Source of the DNA: Bacillota bacterium
GTDB taxonomy: Bacteria > Bacillota > SHA-98 > UBA4971
Assembly: GCA_024653485.1 (NCBI GenBank)
Contig: JANLFY010000003.1
Coordinates: 112,686 to 176,685, forward strand
DNA: 64,000 bases
Reading direction: 5' to 3'
Positions 9,771 through 18,478 of the stretch are shown here, piece after piece. A program made the position numbers and the translations under genes. Position 1 is the first letter of the stretch, and the number at the start of each line of letters is the position of its first letter. The notes beneath the pieces were generated by a model. The model did not search any database, was not told the origin of the DNA, and was given only the letters and a program-made list of their open reading frames with translations.

Positions 9771-11956
9771 CGGACAAGCTTCAGCATGAACTCCTCGTTA
9801 CCCAGGCCCGGACGGAAGTCATACACTGAGTAGAGCGGCGCGCCCATCGCTACGACACACCCATCGCCGATCCGTTCCATCGCACACACCACCGGGCGTG
9901 TCTCATAAGCGTGCCATGGGCCCTTCCCGTTGGTGTCCACGTTCTTCGTTCCGTCGCTCCCCTCGAGGATGACCACCGGGCCGGAATGCCCAACAAGGCC
10001 GCCGAACGCTGCATCCACGACGGTGCACGCCTGCGACGCCTGGACCGGCAAGGATAGGGCCCCCAGGAGTTCCTCTCCGGCGCGCGCGAGCTCGCAGGTC
10101 ACGGACGAGCTCACCGTCGGCCCTTCGCACAGCCAGACTTCGTCGTCGGAAAACCTCATCGATGAGCCAAGCGAAGCGAGGATCGCGTTCAGTTGCGCCA
10201 CATCCCGCGACGGGTCGGACGCGTCGGACGAGCCCGCTAGGATTAGTGCTCCTCCCAGGGCGACGAAGCCTCGAATCGCTGCGATCTCGGACTCGTCAAA
10301 CGTCGAGGGGGTGAGAGAGATCCCGGGTTCGGGATTGGCCACGACAAGGACCGACGCCCCTCTCAGAGCCTCGGGGCAGATTCTCCCTTGGCTGAGCCTG
10401 CCCACTGAATCAGCGGTCGACAACGCCTCCAGAAACCTACCTGCGAAACCGCTCGAGCGGTTGTTGTGGCCCTCGTCCACGACGACCTCGCGAAGGTTCT
10501 CGGGCAGGACCTTCACGCGGGCTGAGTACACGTTGTCGCTGAGCCCCGGCCTAGCAGGGTCGACAAGCGTGGCCATCACCGTCACGTCCCCGCTCACCGG
10601 GCACGACCATTGGAGGGAGACGGGCACGGTTGCTCCGGGCTCGAGGTCGATCCTCATCGCCCCTATCGGCCATCGGCGTCCTCCCGCGCTCGCGGAGAAC
10701 TCGACTATCACGCCAACCAGCGGGTCTTTGCCCAGGTTCACGACGTCGCAGCGGAGATGGCCCCAAGTGCCTTTCTTGGCCATCGGCACATCGAACCGAA
10801 GGTCCACTGCGATGAGATCCGACTGGCTCTTGGCCCAGATGGGGCTCGTTACGACGAGATCGCCGTCGGACTGCTGGATCCGCGCGTAGTACCACGTGTA
10901 CCCCTGAGTCGGTTCCACCTCGAAAGTCCTTCTGAAGGGTCTGCCCGGGTCACCTTCTTCCCCGGACGCATCGAACGCCACAACGGTCACTCCGCCGTTG
11001 GACCTCACCTCCACCTTCTCAACAACGTCCCCGGGGTCTGGATCGCGCACCTCGATCTCCAGCTCCACCTTCCCCAGGGGTAGGATCTCCCCCATCCATT
11101 TCCCGTTCCCCGCAAAGCGCACCTGCACGTTCCGGTCCTCTGTGGAGTAGGTGCGGAGCGCGCGCAGCGCTTCCATGAGGCTCTCGTGGGTGAGGGCGCG
11201 CGCCACCACGCCCGTCCTCGTGTCGGCGGCGGTGCCCCAGTCTGCCCTGTGGTTGTCCTGGCTGTTCGTGGCCCCTACCTTCCAACCGCGGTCCAGGGCC
11301 CGGATGTAGGACCGTTCATAAAGCGTGTTCCTTGCGTACGGGCCCGAGCCGACCTCGAGCAGCCTTATCGTCCTATTGCCGGCCAGGGAGTACTGAAAGT
11401 CGTTCCACATGCCTTGCTCGTTCCATCCCGGATGATTGAACGTGGCGACGGCGCCCTTGCCCTCCATCCACGCTACGAGGTCTTCCAGGCCCCGCTGCGT
11501 GTCCCGCGAACACGGTTCCGGTGCTTCGATCACAGATATGTGCCCAGCGCCGTGGGTCCATTCGGTGCCTCGGAACGCCACGAACCTTCCCGGCTCCGTG
11601 AACCGCCAAGCCGTCTCAACGAGTGCCTCCCAATGGTGGGGATTCTCGACCATGTAGTACCCATGCTCCGTGATTCCGAGAAAATCGAGGCCGGCCACGT
11701 CTCTCGCGTGCGCGTACGCGTCCTCGGGCGTTAGCGCGCCGTCGGAGAACGAGGTGTGAGAGTGCAAGTACCCGAAATAGAAGCCCATCTCGACCTGCTG
11801 CGCGGAAGCGGGGCGGCACGTGATCAGGAGGGCGATGCAAAGAGGCGTGACGAGCGTCTGGATCAGCTTTTCCCCACGGTTCAAGGGGGCCCCTCCTTTC
11901 TCGGAAACGGGCGGGGCAAAGGTCCGGGGCCAGGATCCCCGCCTGCCCCGGACCAC
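9752..11956 (-). CDS. Secreted multidomain protein: N-terminal PHP/CehA-McbA family metallohydrolase domain, central CARDB-like region, C-terminal GldG/DUF4350-like domain
   Basis: Signal-peptide-like LIQTLVTPLCIALLITCRPASA, then the PHP motif GYLHSHTSFSDGALTPEDAYAHARD...LDFLGITEHG. 734 aa, embedded between the SBP and permease genes of the ABC operon. Confidence 0.6.
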   Translation of the reverse strand: MVRGRRGSWPRTFAPPVSEKGGAPLNRGEKLIQTLVTPLCIALLITCRPASAQQVEMGFYFGYLHSHTSFSDGALTPEDAYAHARDVAGLDFLGITEHGYYMVENPHHWEALVETAWRFTEPGRFVAFRGTEWTHGAGHISVIEAPEPCSRDTQRGLEDLVAWMEGKGAVATFNHPGWNEQGMWNDFQYSLAGNRTIRLLEVGSGPYARNTLYERSYIRALDRGWKVGATNSQDNHRADWGTAADTRTGVVARALTHESLMEALRALRTYSTEDRNVQVRFAGNGKWMGEILPLGKVELEIEVRDPDPGDVVEKVEVRSNGGVTVVAFDASGEEGDPGRPFRRTFEVEPTQGYTWYYARIQQSDGDLVVTSPIWAKSQSDLIAVDLRFDVPMAKKGTWGHLRCDVVNLGKDPLVGVIVEFSASAGGRRWPIGAMRIDLEPGATVPVSLQWSCPVSGDVTVMATLVDPARPGLSDNVYSARVKVLPENLREVVVDEGHNNRSSGFAGRFLEALSTADSVGRLSQGRICPEALRGASVLVVANPEPGISLTPSTFDESEIAAIRGFVALGGALILAGSSDASDPSRDVAQLNAILASLGSSMRFSDDEVWLCEGPTVSSSVTCELARAGEELLGALSLPVQASQACTVVDAAFGGLVGHSGPVVILEGSDGTKNVDTNGKGPWHAYETRPVVCAMERIGDGCVVAMGAPLYSVYDFRPGLGNEEFMLKLVRWLQSR

Positions 11957-11996
11957 ACGTCCGCGTCGTGCGCTGCACCCTCAGACGAAAACGGAT

Positions 11997-13337
11997 CTAC
12001 CTGGCAAGGATGGCGTCCACTTTCTGTGCAGCCTTATCAAGCGCCTGCTTGGGAGAGGCTTTGAGAAGGAACGCTTCCTCCACGGCCTGGCTGATGACCT
12101 CGCGGATCTCCTGCCACTCCGCTATGTTGGGGTCAGTGACAGCGAACTTGAGTGCGTTGAGGCTGGCAGCGTTCCTTGGGTTGGCAGCCATCCACTCCTG
12201 CATTTGACGTAGATAGAGCGCCGACCTCCTCACAGGAATGTAACCCGTCTTGACAGCCCAATACGCGGTCTGGGTGGGGCTGGTCAGCCACTTCATGAAT
12301 TTCCACGCGGCCTGTTGCTCTTCGGGCGTGGCGGCAGCAAACATCACCAGGTCGGTGCCGGCTACAGGAGCGGCGGGCCGCTTCTTGTATGGTATGGGCC
12401 CTATGCCCCACTCGAACTTCGCGCCTACCGCGCTGTCAGTGTACGAGTAGCTGGCCGACGTGGCGAAGTATCCGCACGTCTTGCCGGCGCCGAAGTCCGC
12501 GTCTGCGTAACCGGGGATGTAGTACGCCACTTTGTGCTTGTGGAGCATGTCGACCATGAACTGGAGCGCTTCGACGCCTTCCGGCGAGTTGAACACGGCC
12601 TTCCTGCCGCTCTCGTCCAGATAGCGCCCGCCATTCGTGAACAGCAGGTTGGCGAAGTAGTCGACGTTCGGTCTGAGCACCATTCCGTAGCGAACGGTCT
12701 TCCCGTCTTTGACGACTGTCGTGGCCTTGCAGGCGGCCAAGAGCTCTTCCCACGTGCTGGGAGCCTTGAGACCGGACTCCTTCAGGGCGCTAAGGTTGTA
12801 GATATAGATGGCGACGCTCTTGTTGAACGGAAGAGTGTACATCTTTCCGTTGAACGTGCAGCCTACGCGCAGCTCAGGCCAGAAGTCCTCGATTTCGTCC
12901 TTCGAAAGCCCGCCCGACCCAGCAAAGAAGTCCTCAACAGGCTTCACTGCTCCGGATTTCACGTATTCCGCCACCCAGTTCCCGTACGCCTGCGCCACCG
13001 TCGGAGGCTTCTTCGCCGCTAGAGAGGCCATGATCTTTTGGCTCAGCGCTGAATAGCTGCCCTGATATTCTGCTTTTACGACTATCCCAGGGTTCTGTTT
13101 CTGGAATTGAGCGACCAGCTCGTCGAGGGTCTTTCCCAGAGCCGATCCCATTCCATGCCAAAACGTTATCGTGACCTTCGTATCTGCAGACACGGCACAG
13201 AATCCCGAGAGAACCATGACAAGAAGGCCCAGGCTCAGGATGACGACTATCGCTCGCTTCAACCGGTTCTCCTGACGTTGCACGACGCGAAGCGCGAACG
13301 TCAGGATTCCCCCCCCTTCATGCTGAATTCGGACCAT
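11997..13337 (-). CDS. ABC transporter extracellular solute-binding protein (sugar family 1)
   Basis: 446-aa ORF with N-terminal TM/lipobox-like segment and SBP_bac_1-like composition (TFWHGMGSALGKTLDELVAQFQKQNPGIVVKAEYQGSY). Confidence 0.75.
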   Translation of the reverse strand: MVRIQHEGGGILTFALRVVQRQENRLKRAIVVILSLGLLVMVLSGFCAVSADTKVTITFWHGMGSALGKTLDELVAQFQKQNPGIVVKAEYQGSYSALSQKIMASLAAKKPPTVAQAYGNWVAEYVKSGAVKPVEDFFAGSGGLSKDEIEDFWPELRVGCTFNGKMYTLPFNKSVAIYIYNLSALKESGLKAPSTWEELLAACKATTVVKDGKTVRYGMVLRPNVDYFANLLFTNGGRYLDESGRKAVFNSPEGVEALQFMVDMLHKHKVAYYIPGYADADFGAGKTCGYFATSASYSYTDSAVGAKFEWGIGPIPYKKRPAAPVAGTDLVMFAAATPEEQQAAWKFMKWLTSPTQTAYWAVKTGYIPVRRSALYLRQMQEWMAANPRNAASLNALKFAVTDPNIAEWQEIREVISQAVEEAFLLKASPKQALDKAAQKVDAILAR

Positions 13338-13561
13338 CCGGCGCTCGTCTCGTCGCCCGTGCGTTCAGACACCACCCATCCCCCAAGATCAAGAGAGGCT
13401 TCGGGCGCCCGCTCACCTCCCTCCGCCGGCCGCGTTCCGCCCTGCGACAGACAGCGCCTCCTCGAAACGCCTTCGACCGTGACCCGGGTCTTTAGGCACT
13501 ATGTGCCTCTCTACCTACCTTAAATCCATTCTCCCAGAATGGGACGTCTCCTTCCTGTCTT

Positions 13562-16039
13562 TCACAATCCCCGCATGGCGCGGACACTAGCCCGACCGCC
13601 TAGTCCCGTGGCGGTCACCGCCCCGTTCAGATCCGTGCGAAACGTTTTCGCGCCCGCTCGAGACAACGCCTGTAAGGTGCTTGGTGCGGGATGACCAAAT
13701 GTGTTTGGGCCTACGGGCACCACTGCCCAGTCGGGGGACACCGCGTCGAGGAGTTCGGGCGGACACCCACCGGCTGCGCCGTGGTGGGGGACCTTCAAGA
13801 TGTCCGCGTCAATATCGAACCCCTCCTGCACGAGCGAGGAAAGAGCGATGGGCCCTGCGTCTCCCGTAAGCAGGGCCCGCGTGTTCCGAAACCTCACCAT
13901 CATGACCAGGGAGAAATCGTTGAGGTCCTGTGAAGTCTGCGACGCGCACCCACGGGGCGGACCGAGGAAGTCTATTCTAGCGCCGTCTCCAAGGTCGATA
14001 TGGCCACCACGCACTGCCTCCACGACGACGACCCCTCTCTCGCGCGCGAGGTCCGTCAGCCGCCTATCCAAGTCGGGCCTCACGTTATCTGGAATGGGAG
14101 GTTTTACGAGGACTTTCACATGGAGGCGTCGGATCACTCCAAGGAGACCGCCGATGTGGTCCTGGTGGGGATGGGTGGCGACCACTACATCAAGTTGTCT
14201 CACGCCGCGCCTAAGCAGGTAAGGCACGACCACGTCGTCACCCGCATCGCGTTGCGGTCCGAGGGCACCTCCCGCGTCTACCAAGACCGTCCTGCCCGAA
14301 GGGCTCCGAATGAAACTGGCGTCACCCTGTCCGACCGAGAGGAAAACCAGCTCAAGAGGGGTAGTGCGCAGGGCAGCGATCCACACGACTGTTGCCGCGG
14401 CGCCGAGCGCTAGCACCGCGAGGGCCCGACGTCGCGCCCAAAGCGCTCGTTGCGCCTCTCGCGGCGCGCCTGTGGCGAGCAGCACGGAGTAGAAAGCGAG
14501 GACCACCCATAGCGGGGGCTTGGGCACAGGGAAACAGGCCCAAGGAAGCCGTGCCGTTGCGTGAAGCCACCACTCCAACGCCGCAAGAGCCAAGCTGTTC
14601 CCCGCGTTCAGCACCACAGCGAGGGGAAACCACACGAGCCCAGCGAGACCAGCCGCAAGTCCTGTCAGCACGGCCATGCTTGCGAGCGTGAGGGCAGGAA
14701 CGGACGCAATGACACCGACCAATGAGACCGTTCCGAAGTACCAAACGCCGAGCGGGACCACGCCGATTTGGGCTGCCAACGAGGTCGCGAGCGGATCCCC
14801 AAGCCAGCTCGGGAGCTTTCCGAGAGCCCTTCTCAGGCGCGGCGAGAGGGTCAGGATGCTGAGAACTGCGCAAAAGGACATCTGGGCACCGGGATCGAAT
14901 GCAAGCAGAGGATTCCGGCCGAGTGTGAGGATACCTGCCAAGTACAAGGCTCCCTGAATGGCTGTGCGGCGACGCAAGAGAACCGCGAAGCCTGCGCACG
15001 ACAGCATCACGGACGCTCGCATCACAGCAGGTCTCATCCCGCAGGCGGCTGCGTACGCCCAGCTGCCCGCGAGCGCCGGGGCCAAGGCCCATGGACCGCG
15101 GAGCCCGAGACCGGCCAGCAGGCTCCAAAGGAAGGTCGTTACCAGCCCAACGTGCAGGCCAGACACGGAAAAGAGATGGGAGGTGCCGGTGGCCTCGAGC
15201 ACCTCTTGCATCTCTTCCGGAGCTCTCCCGAAGAGCATGCCTGAGACGAGCTCTGCGTGTCGCTGGGAAAGGGTAGCCTTTGCGACGCGCATGACACGAC
15301 CTCGAAACCACGAGGCAAGCGAGGCAGTCGTGGCTCCCATCCCGGGTTTGGAACGCAGACGGATGTCCTTGGGGCTGCGGACGTACATCGTTCCCGCAGC
15401 TCCCTGACATCGAAGAATGATCCTCATGTCAGGTTCCCCTGGGTTCGCTGGCTGCTGCGGAAGGTAAAGCCGTCCCCGCGCCTCGATCCTCGCGCCAGGC
15501 ACTAGCCCCACCTCGCGCCCGTCGCTGACGTCCGGAAGACCGCCGGCGTCCACAGAGAGGACGACTCGTGCCCCGGACACCGCCGAGTCTCCATCCACCG
15601 AGGCGATCCTCAGAATTCCCTTCCAGCGGCCTCCAGGGCCTGCCTCCGGCACACCCAAGACCACGCCCTCAGCCGCGACCCTCGGCGCTTGAGCGTGCCT
15701 CTCCAGAGCCCGCTCGCACGGCCAGGGCGACAAAGCCACGTGCATGGACACCGCGCCGCCGAGCAGGATGAAACTCCAGATGGCGAGGGCTTTCGGCCCC
15801 GACTCACGCGGCAAGCAGCGCCGCGCCCGTTTTGACCCCAGCCAGAGCCACCAGATGGCCGCCGTCCCAAGCAAAGCTCCAGGGGCAAGGAATGAGACGC
15901 GTCCCCACGCCTTCGTCATGGCCCCGCTCAACGCGAAAAGGAGGAACGCGCTTTGAAGGACTCCGTTCGTCGGCACGCTCATGCGCCTCCACAGGACTCC
16001 TCCGCTCCGGCCTCGCAGATCGGCCGGCGGCCTCCCCAA
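13562..16039 (-). CDS. comEC: DNA internalization competence protein ComEC/Rec2 (with C-terminal metallo-beta-lactamase domain)
   Basis: 825-aa polytopic membrane protein. C-terminal MBL motif VVATHPHQDHIGGL and competence domain. Located downstream of comEA. Confidence 0.8.
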   Translation of the reverse strand: MGRPPADLRGRSGGVLWRRMSVPTNGVLQSAFLLFALSGAMTKAWGRVSFLAPGALLGTAAIWWLWLGSKRARRCLPRESGPKALAIWSFILLGGAVSMHVALSPWPCERALERHAQAPRVAAEGVVLGVPEAGPGGRWKGILRIASVDGDSAVSGARVVLSVDAGGLPDVSDGREVGLVPGARIEARGRLYLPQQPANPGEPDMRIILRCQGAAGTMYVRSPKDIRLRSKPGMGATTASLASWFRGRVMRVAKATLSQRHAELVSGMLFGRAPEEMQEVLEATGTSHLFSVSGLHVGLVTTFLWSLLAGLGLRGPWALAPALAGSWAYAAACGMRPAVMRASVMLSCAGFAVLLRRRTAIQGALYLAGILTLGRNPLLAFDPGAQMSFCAVLSILTLSPRLRRALGKLPSWLGDPLATSLAAQIGVVPLGVWYFGTVSLVGVIASVPALTLASMAVLTGLAAGLAGLVWFPLAVVLNAGNSLALAALEWWLHATARLPWACFPVPKPPLWVVLAFYSVLLATGAPREAQRALWARRRALAVLALGAAATVVWIAALRTTPLELVFLSVGQGDASFIRSPSGRTVLVDAGGALGPQRDAGDDVVVPYLLRRGVRQLDVVVATHPHQDHIGGLLGVIRRLHVKVLVKPPIPDNVRPDLDRRLTDLARERGVVVVEAVRGGHIDLGDGARIDFLGPPRGCASQTSQDLNDFSLVMMVRFRNTRALLTGDAGPIALSSLVQEGFDIDADILKVPHHGAAGGCPPELLDAVSPDWAVVPVGPNTFGHPAPSTLQALSRAGAKTFRTDLNGAVTATGLGGRASVRAMRGL

Positions 16040-16215
16040 TTAGGCGGCCGCACCTCGGTCAACAGCCAGCTATCTCAGTTCTCGCGGGAGGCGCGGATCA
16101 GCTCCACCCAAGGATGAAGGCTGACGAGCGAGCCGCCCTCTTCCCGCCCGGCATTCGTAGACGTATGCGACCGCCCTGTCACGCGACCGCGCGGCCGTCC
16201 GCCACGAGTCGTGAG

Positions 16216-16896
16216 CTAGTACACTGTGATGAGGTCTTTCAACGCCTCGAACTTTGCCTGGCCTATTCCCGGCACGTCCGTGAGTTGCTCGGGGTTCTCG
16301 AACCGGCCGTTGGCGCCACGGTAGTCGATGATTCTGCGGGCAAGGGTTGGCCCGATGCCAGGCAGCGACTCGAGCTCCGCGAGGCCGGCGGTGTTGATGT
16401 TGACTCGGCTATAGACCGCCTCGGCCATGCGAGAAGGCTCCGCGCAGGCCCCTTCGAAACCTGACCCGGGGCCGGGCCCGGCTCCGGGCTCGGTCTTTGG
16501 CCTAGTCGGTATGTACACCTGCGAAGAGTCGGACAGTACCTTTGCCATGTTCACTTGCTCCGGCCACGCCCCCGCCGCAAGGCCACCCGCAAGCCTGACT
16601 GCGTCCGCCACCCGGGATCCAGAGGGAAGCGTGTATACTCCCGGCGACGCCACCGCCCCGCATACGTGCACGGTCACCGCGCTTTTGGCCTGCACGTCCG
16701 TCGCGGGCTCACCTTTGCCGGCTCCGTCCCTCTCAGCCGCCTCGGCCCGCTCGCCGCCCGCTGGCTCGCTCGGCCCAGGAGCCACCACAACGTCTCCCAA
16801 GGTCATTTGCCTCGCGACCAGCACGACTCCCCCGACGCCGAACATTACGAGCAACACCACCATCACGAGCCTCTGTCGCCGCGAGAGGTCGAACAT
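16216..16896 (-). CDS. comEA: Competence protein ComEA (helix-hairpin-helix DNA-binding)
   Basis: C-terminal tandem HhH (VNINTAGLAELESLPGIGPTLARRIIDYR...LTDVPGIGQAKFEALKDLI) with N-terminal TM. Start taken at the internal M (MFDLS...). Confidence 0.8.
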   Translation of the reverse strand: MFDLSRRQRLVMVVLLVMFGVGGVVLVARQMTLGDVVVAPGPSEPAGGERAEAAERDGAGKGEPATDVQAKSAVTVHVCGAVASPGVYTLPSGSRVADAVRLAGGLAAGAWPEQVNMAKVLSDSSQVYIPTRPKTEPGAGPGPGSGFEGACAEPSRMAEAVYSRVNINTAGLAELESLPGIGPTLARRIIDYRGANGRFENPEQLTDVPGIGQAKFEALKDLITVY

Positions 16897-17115
16897 GACT
16901 CCACCTCCCTTGCCTATCTCCGATCGCGCCATACAGGTTCAACGCCGGACCGTACACTCCTGTTGAGCTGGGCTAGCCTGTAGAGACGGTTTCTGGTGAT
17001 ATCGCGGGTGAGTCCATAGAAGGGAACACCCCCCGTTCTCACGGACGGGGGGTGTCTTGCGAGCCTCGCCTGACTCTGCTGCCAAATCAGAGCACGTCAG
17101 TATGAAGGCGAAAAA

Positions 17116-17191
17116 TGGTGGAGACGATGGGAATCGAACCCACGACCTCGTGAATGCCATTCACGCGCTCTCCCAACTGAGCTACGTCCCC
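17116..17191 (-). tRNA. tRNA-Ala (anticodon GGC)
   Basis: Minus-strand 76-nt sequence GGGGACGTAGCTCAGTTGGGAGAGCGCGTGAATGGCATTCACGAGGTCGTGGGTTCGATTCCCATCGTCTCCACCA folds as a cloverleaf. G3:U70 alanine identity pair, anticodon loop AUGGCAU, TΨC loop TTCGATT, encoded CCA. Confidence 0.9.
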
Positions 17192-17260
17192 AGATAGATG
17201 TTCGCGTATTCGATTGCGTCCCTTGGTTCACTGCGATTATAGCAGACCCTCCTGGGCAAG

Positions 17261-17674
17261 TCAAGGCCTACGAGCCTCCCGAGGCTCGGCACGGTCGTCG
17301 CGTGAGCAGCCTTCCTCCGGCACGGCGTCCACGAGCGAGGTTCCCACTACTCTTGCGCCACGGTACAGCCGTTCTAGATCGTAATACTCTCTCTCTTTGG
17401 AATGGAACACGTGGACCACGGTGTCGGCGTAATCCAGGATCACCCAGCCGCCTTCGACGGTCCCTTCCTTGTGCTGAGGAAGCACACCTCGTTCCTTGAG
17501 CTCTTGAAGTATGGCGTCGCAGATGGCCTTCAGCTGCGTTCTCGATGTCCCGCCCGCTATGACGAAGTAATCGGCTATTATCGTGAGATCACGGACATCC
17601 AGCACCAGCACGTCCAGGGCTTTCTTGCCCTCCGCAGCAGCACGCGCTATCTCGGCAATGGCCAGTGGGTCTAT
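17261..17674 (-). CDS. rsfS: Ribosomal silencing factor RsfS (Iojap)
   Basis: LDVLVLDVRDLTIIADYFVIAGGTSRTQLKAI... aligns with RsfS. The conserved N-terminus (PLAIAEIARAAAEGKKALD) continues upstream of the track's GTG with no canonical start. The only RBS-backed candidate is ATA at 17674 with GGAGG 8 nt upstream. Confidence 0.6.
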   Translation of the reverse strand: MDPLAIAEIARAAAEGKKALDVLVLDVRDLTIIADYFVIAGGTSRTQLKAICDAILQELKERGVLPQHKEGTVEGGWVILDYADTVVHVFHSKEREYYDLERLYRGARVVGTSLVDAVPEEGCSRDDRAEPREARRP

Positions 17675-17814
17675 GCCTGCCGCCTCCCATTCGCAAAGGT
17701 TCGGCGAGGAACGTCATGGATTGATCACGCTCACCGCTGTCCCCTGGCTGGCGAAGTCTCGCCTCTACCGAACTTCGCCACCGCCGCCCCTCCCTTGAGG
17801 GCGCACGCAGGCAC

Positions 17815-18072
17815 TCAGTACCTTGCCTGCCGAGGCCTGGCCTCGTTGACTATGATCTGCCTTCCACCGATGTCCGCGCCGTTCATCGCGGCCACAACGC
17901 GCTCCACGTCCTCGTCGTCGACCTCCACGAACCCGAATCCACGCGACCTACCCGTCTCTCTGTCGGTAATCACCCTACTGCCCTTGACCTCCGCCACCGC
18001 CCTGAACGCCTCGGCCAAGTCTTCCTCAGTCAGTGCCCAGGGCAGGTTCCCCACATACAGGGTTTTCGTCAC
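17815..18072 (-). CDS. RRM-type RNA-binding protein (glycine-poor, ~85 aa)
   Basis: VTKTLYVGNLPWALTEEDLAEAFRAVAEVKGSRVITDRETGRSRGFGFVEVDD shows RNP-2 (LYVGNL) and RNP-1 (RGFGFVEV) motifs. GTG start at 18072 with GGAGGTGG RBS. The upstream part of the track ORF is R/S/G-rich non-coding leader. Confidence 0.8.
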   Translation of the reverse strand: MTKTLYVGNLPWALTEEDLAEAFRAVAEVKGSRVITDRETGRSRGFGFVEVDDEDVERVVAAMNGADIGGRQIIVNEARPRQARY

Positions 18073-18102
18073 AGGATACCACCTCCATCTCTTTGTGAAA
18101 GA

Positions 18103-18140
18103 AAAACCAAGGCTGCAAGAGACCTTGGTTCTCAATCCGC
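18103..18140 (-). terminator. Intrinsic terminator/attenuator hairpin immediately upstream of the RRM gene RBS
   Basis: Minus-strand RNA AACCAAGG-UCUCUUGCAG-CCUUGGUU followed by UUUUUCUUU. 8-bp perfect stem plus U-run, 30 nt before the GTG start. Confidence 0.55.
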
Positions 18141-18393
18141 ACACCCTATTCGGATCGTGGCGCGACCTCCTCACCCGTCGGACCAGGCCGCTGTGCTGCG
18201 TACTAGCTCTGACTGCCCCCGATCGGATTCTGCTTACGGAAAGACCTGAACCACGGAAACCCGCAAGACAAGGAAACATAAGTGGGGTTTTCACTTGCCC
18301 ATGCACGCTCGTCCGCGCGTGCGCTCGCGGTTTAAGGCACCGAGCTTGACCTCCAGGCATCGGTTTCGCGGTTTCGTCCGTCTTGCCAGACTT

Positions 18394-18422
18394 ATTATAC
18401 CACCGACTCCGCGGGCTGTAAA
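18394..18422 (-). promoter_or_regulatory. Sigma-A-type promoter: TTTACA-N17-TGgTATAAT (extended -10)
   Basis: Read on minus strand: cgTTTACAgcccgcggagtcggtggTATAATaag. Near-consensus -35 and perfect -10 with TG extension and 17-nt spacer. Lies ~310 nt upstream of the RRM start. Confidence 0.55.
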
Positions 18423-18478
18423 CGCCCATGTCCCGTGGCTTCGCTCCGACGCGCGAGCGGACGGGCTGGTGACGGCGT

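Noticed and set aside
9930-10889. 319-aa plus-strand ORF inside the PHP-protein gene
   Set aside because: Antisense to a motif-bearing gene. Ser/Pro/Arg-rich low-complexity translation.
18105-18390. Possibility that the long leader is SRP RNA, RNase P RNA, 6S RNA or a T-box
   Set aside because: The SRP helix-8 motif (GGAAGCAGC), RNase P P4 (GGAAAGUCCGGGCU) and the T-box (GGGTGGNACCGCG) were not found. The length fits neither 6S nor RNase P. Left as an unclassified structured RNA.
18073-18429. N-terminal 119 codons of the 204-aa track ORF upstream of the RRM domain
   Set aside because: R/S/G-rich and not protein-like. The RRM gene has its own GTG start with a strong RBS, and an intrinsic terminator plus a promoter lie inside this stretch. 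It is treated as a non-coding leader instead.
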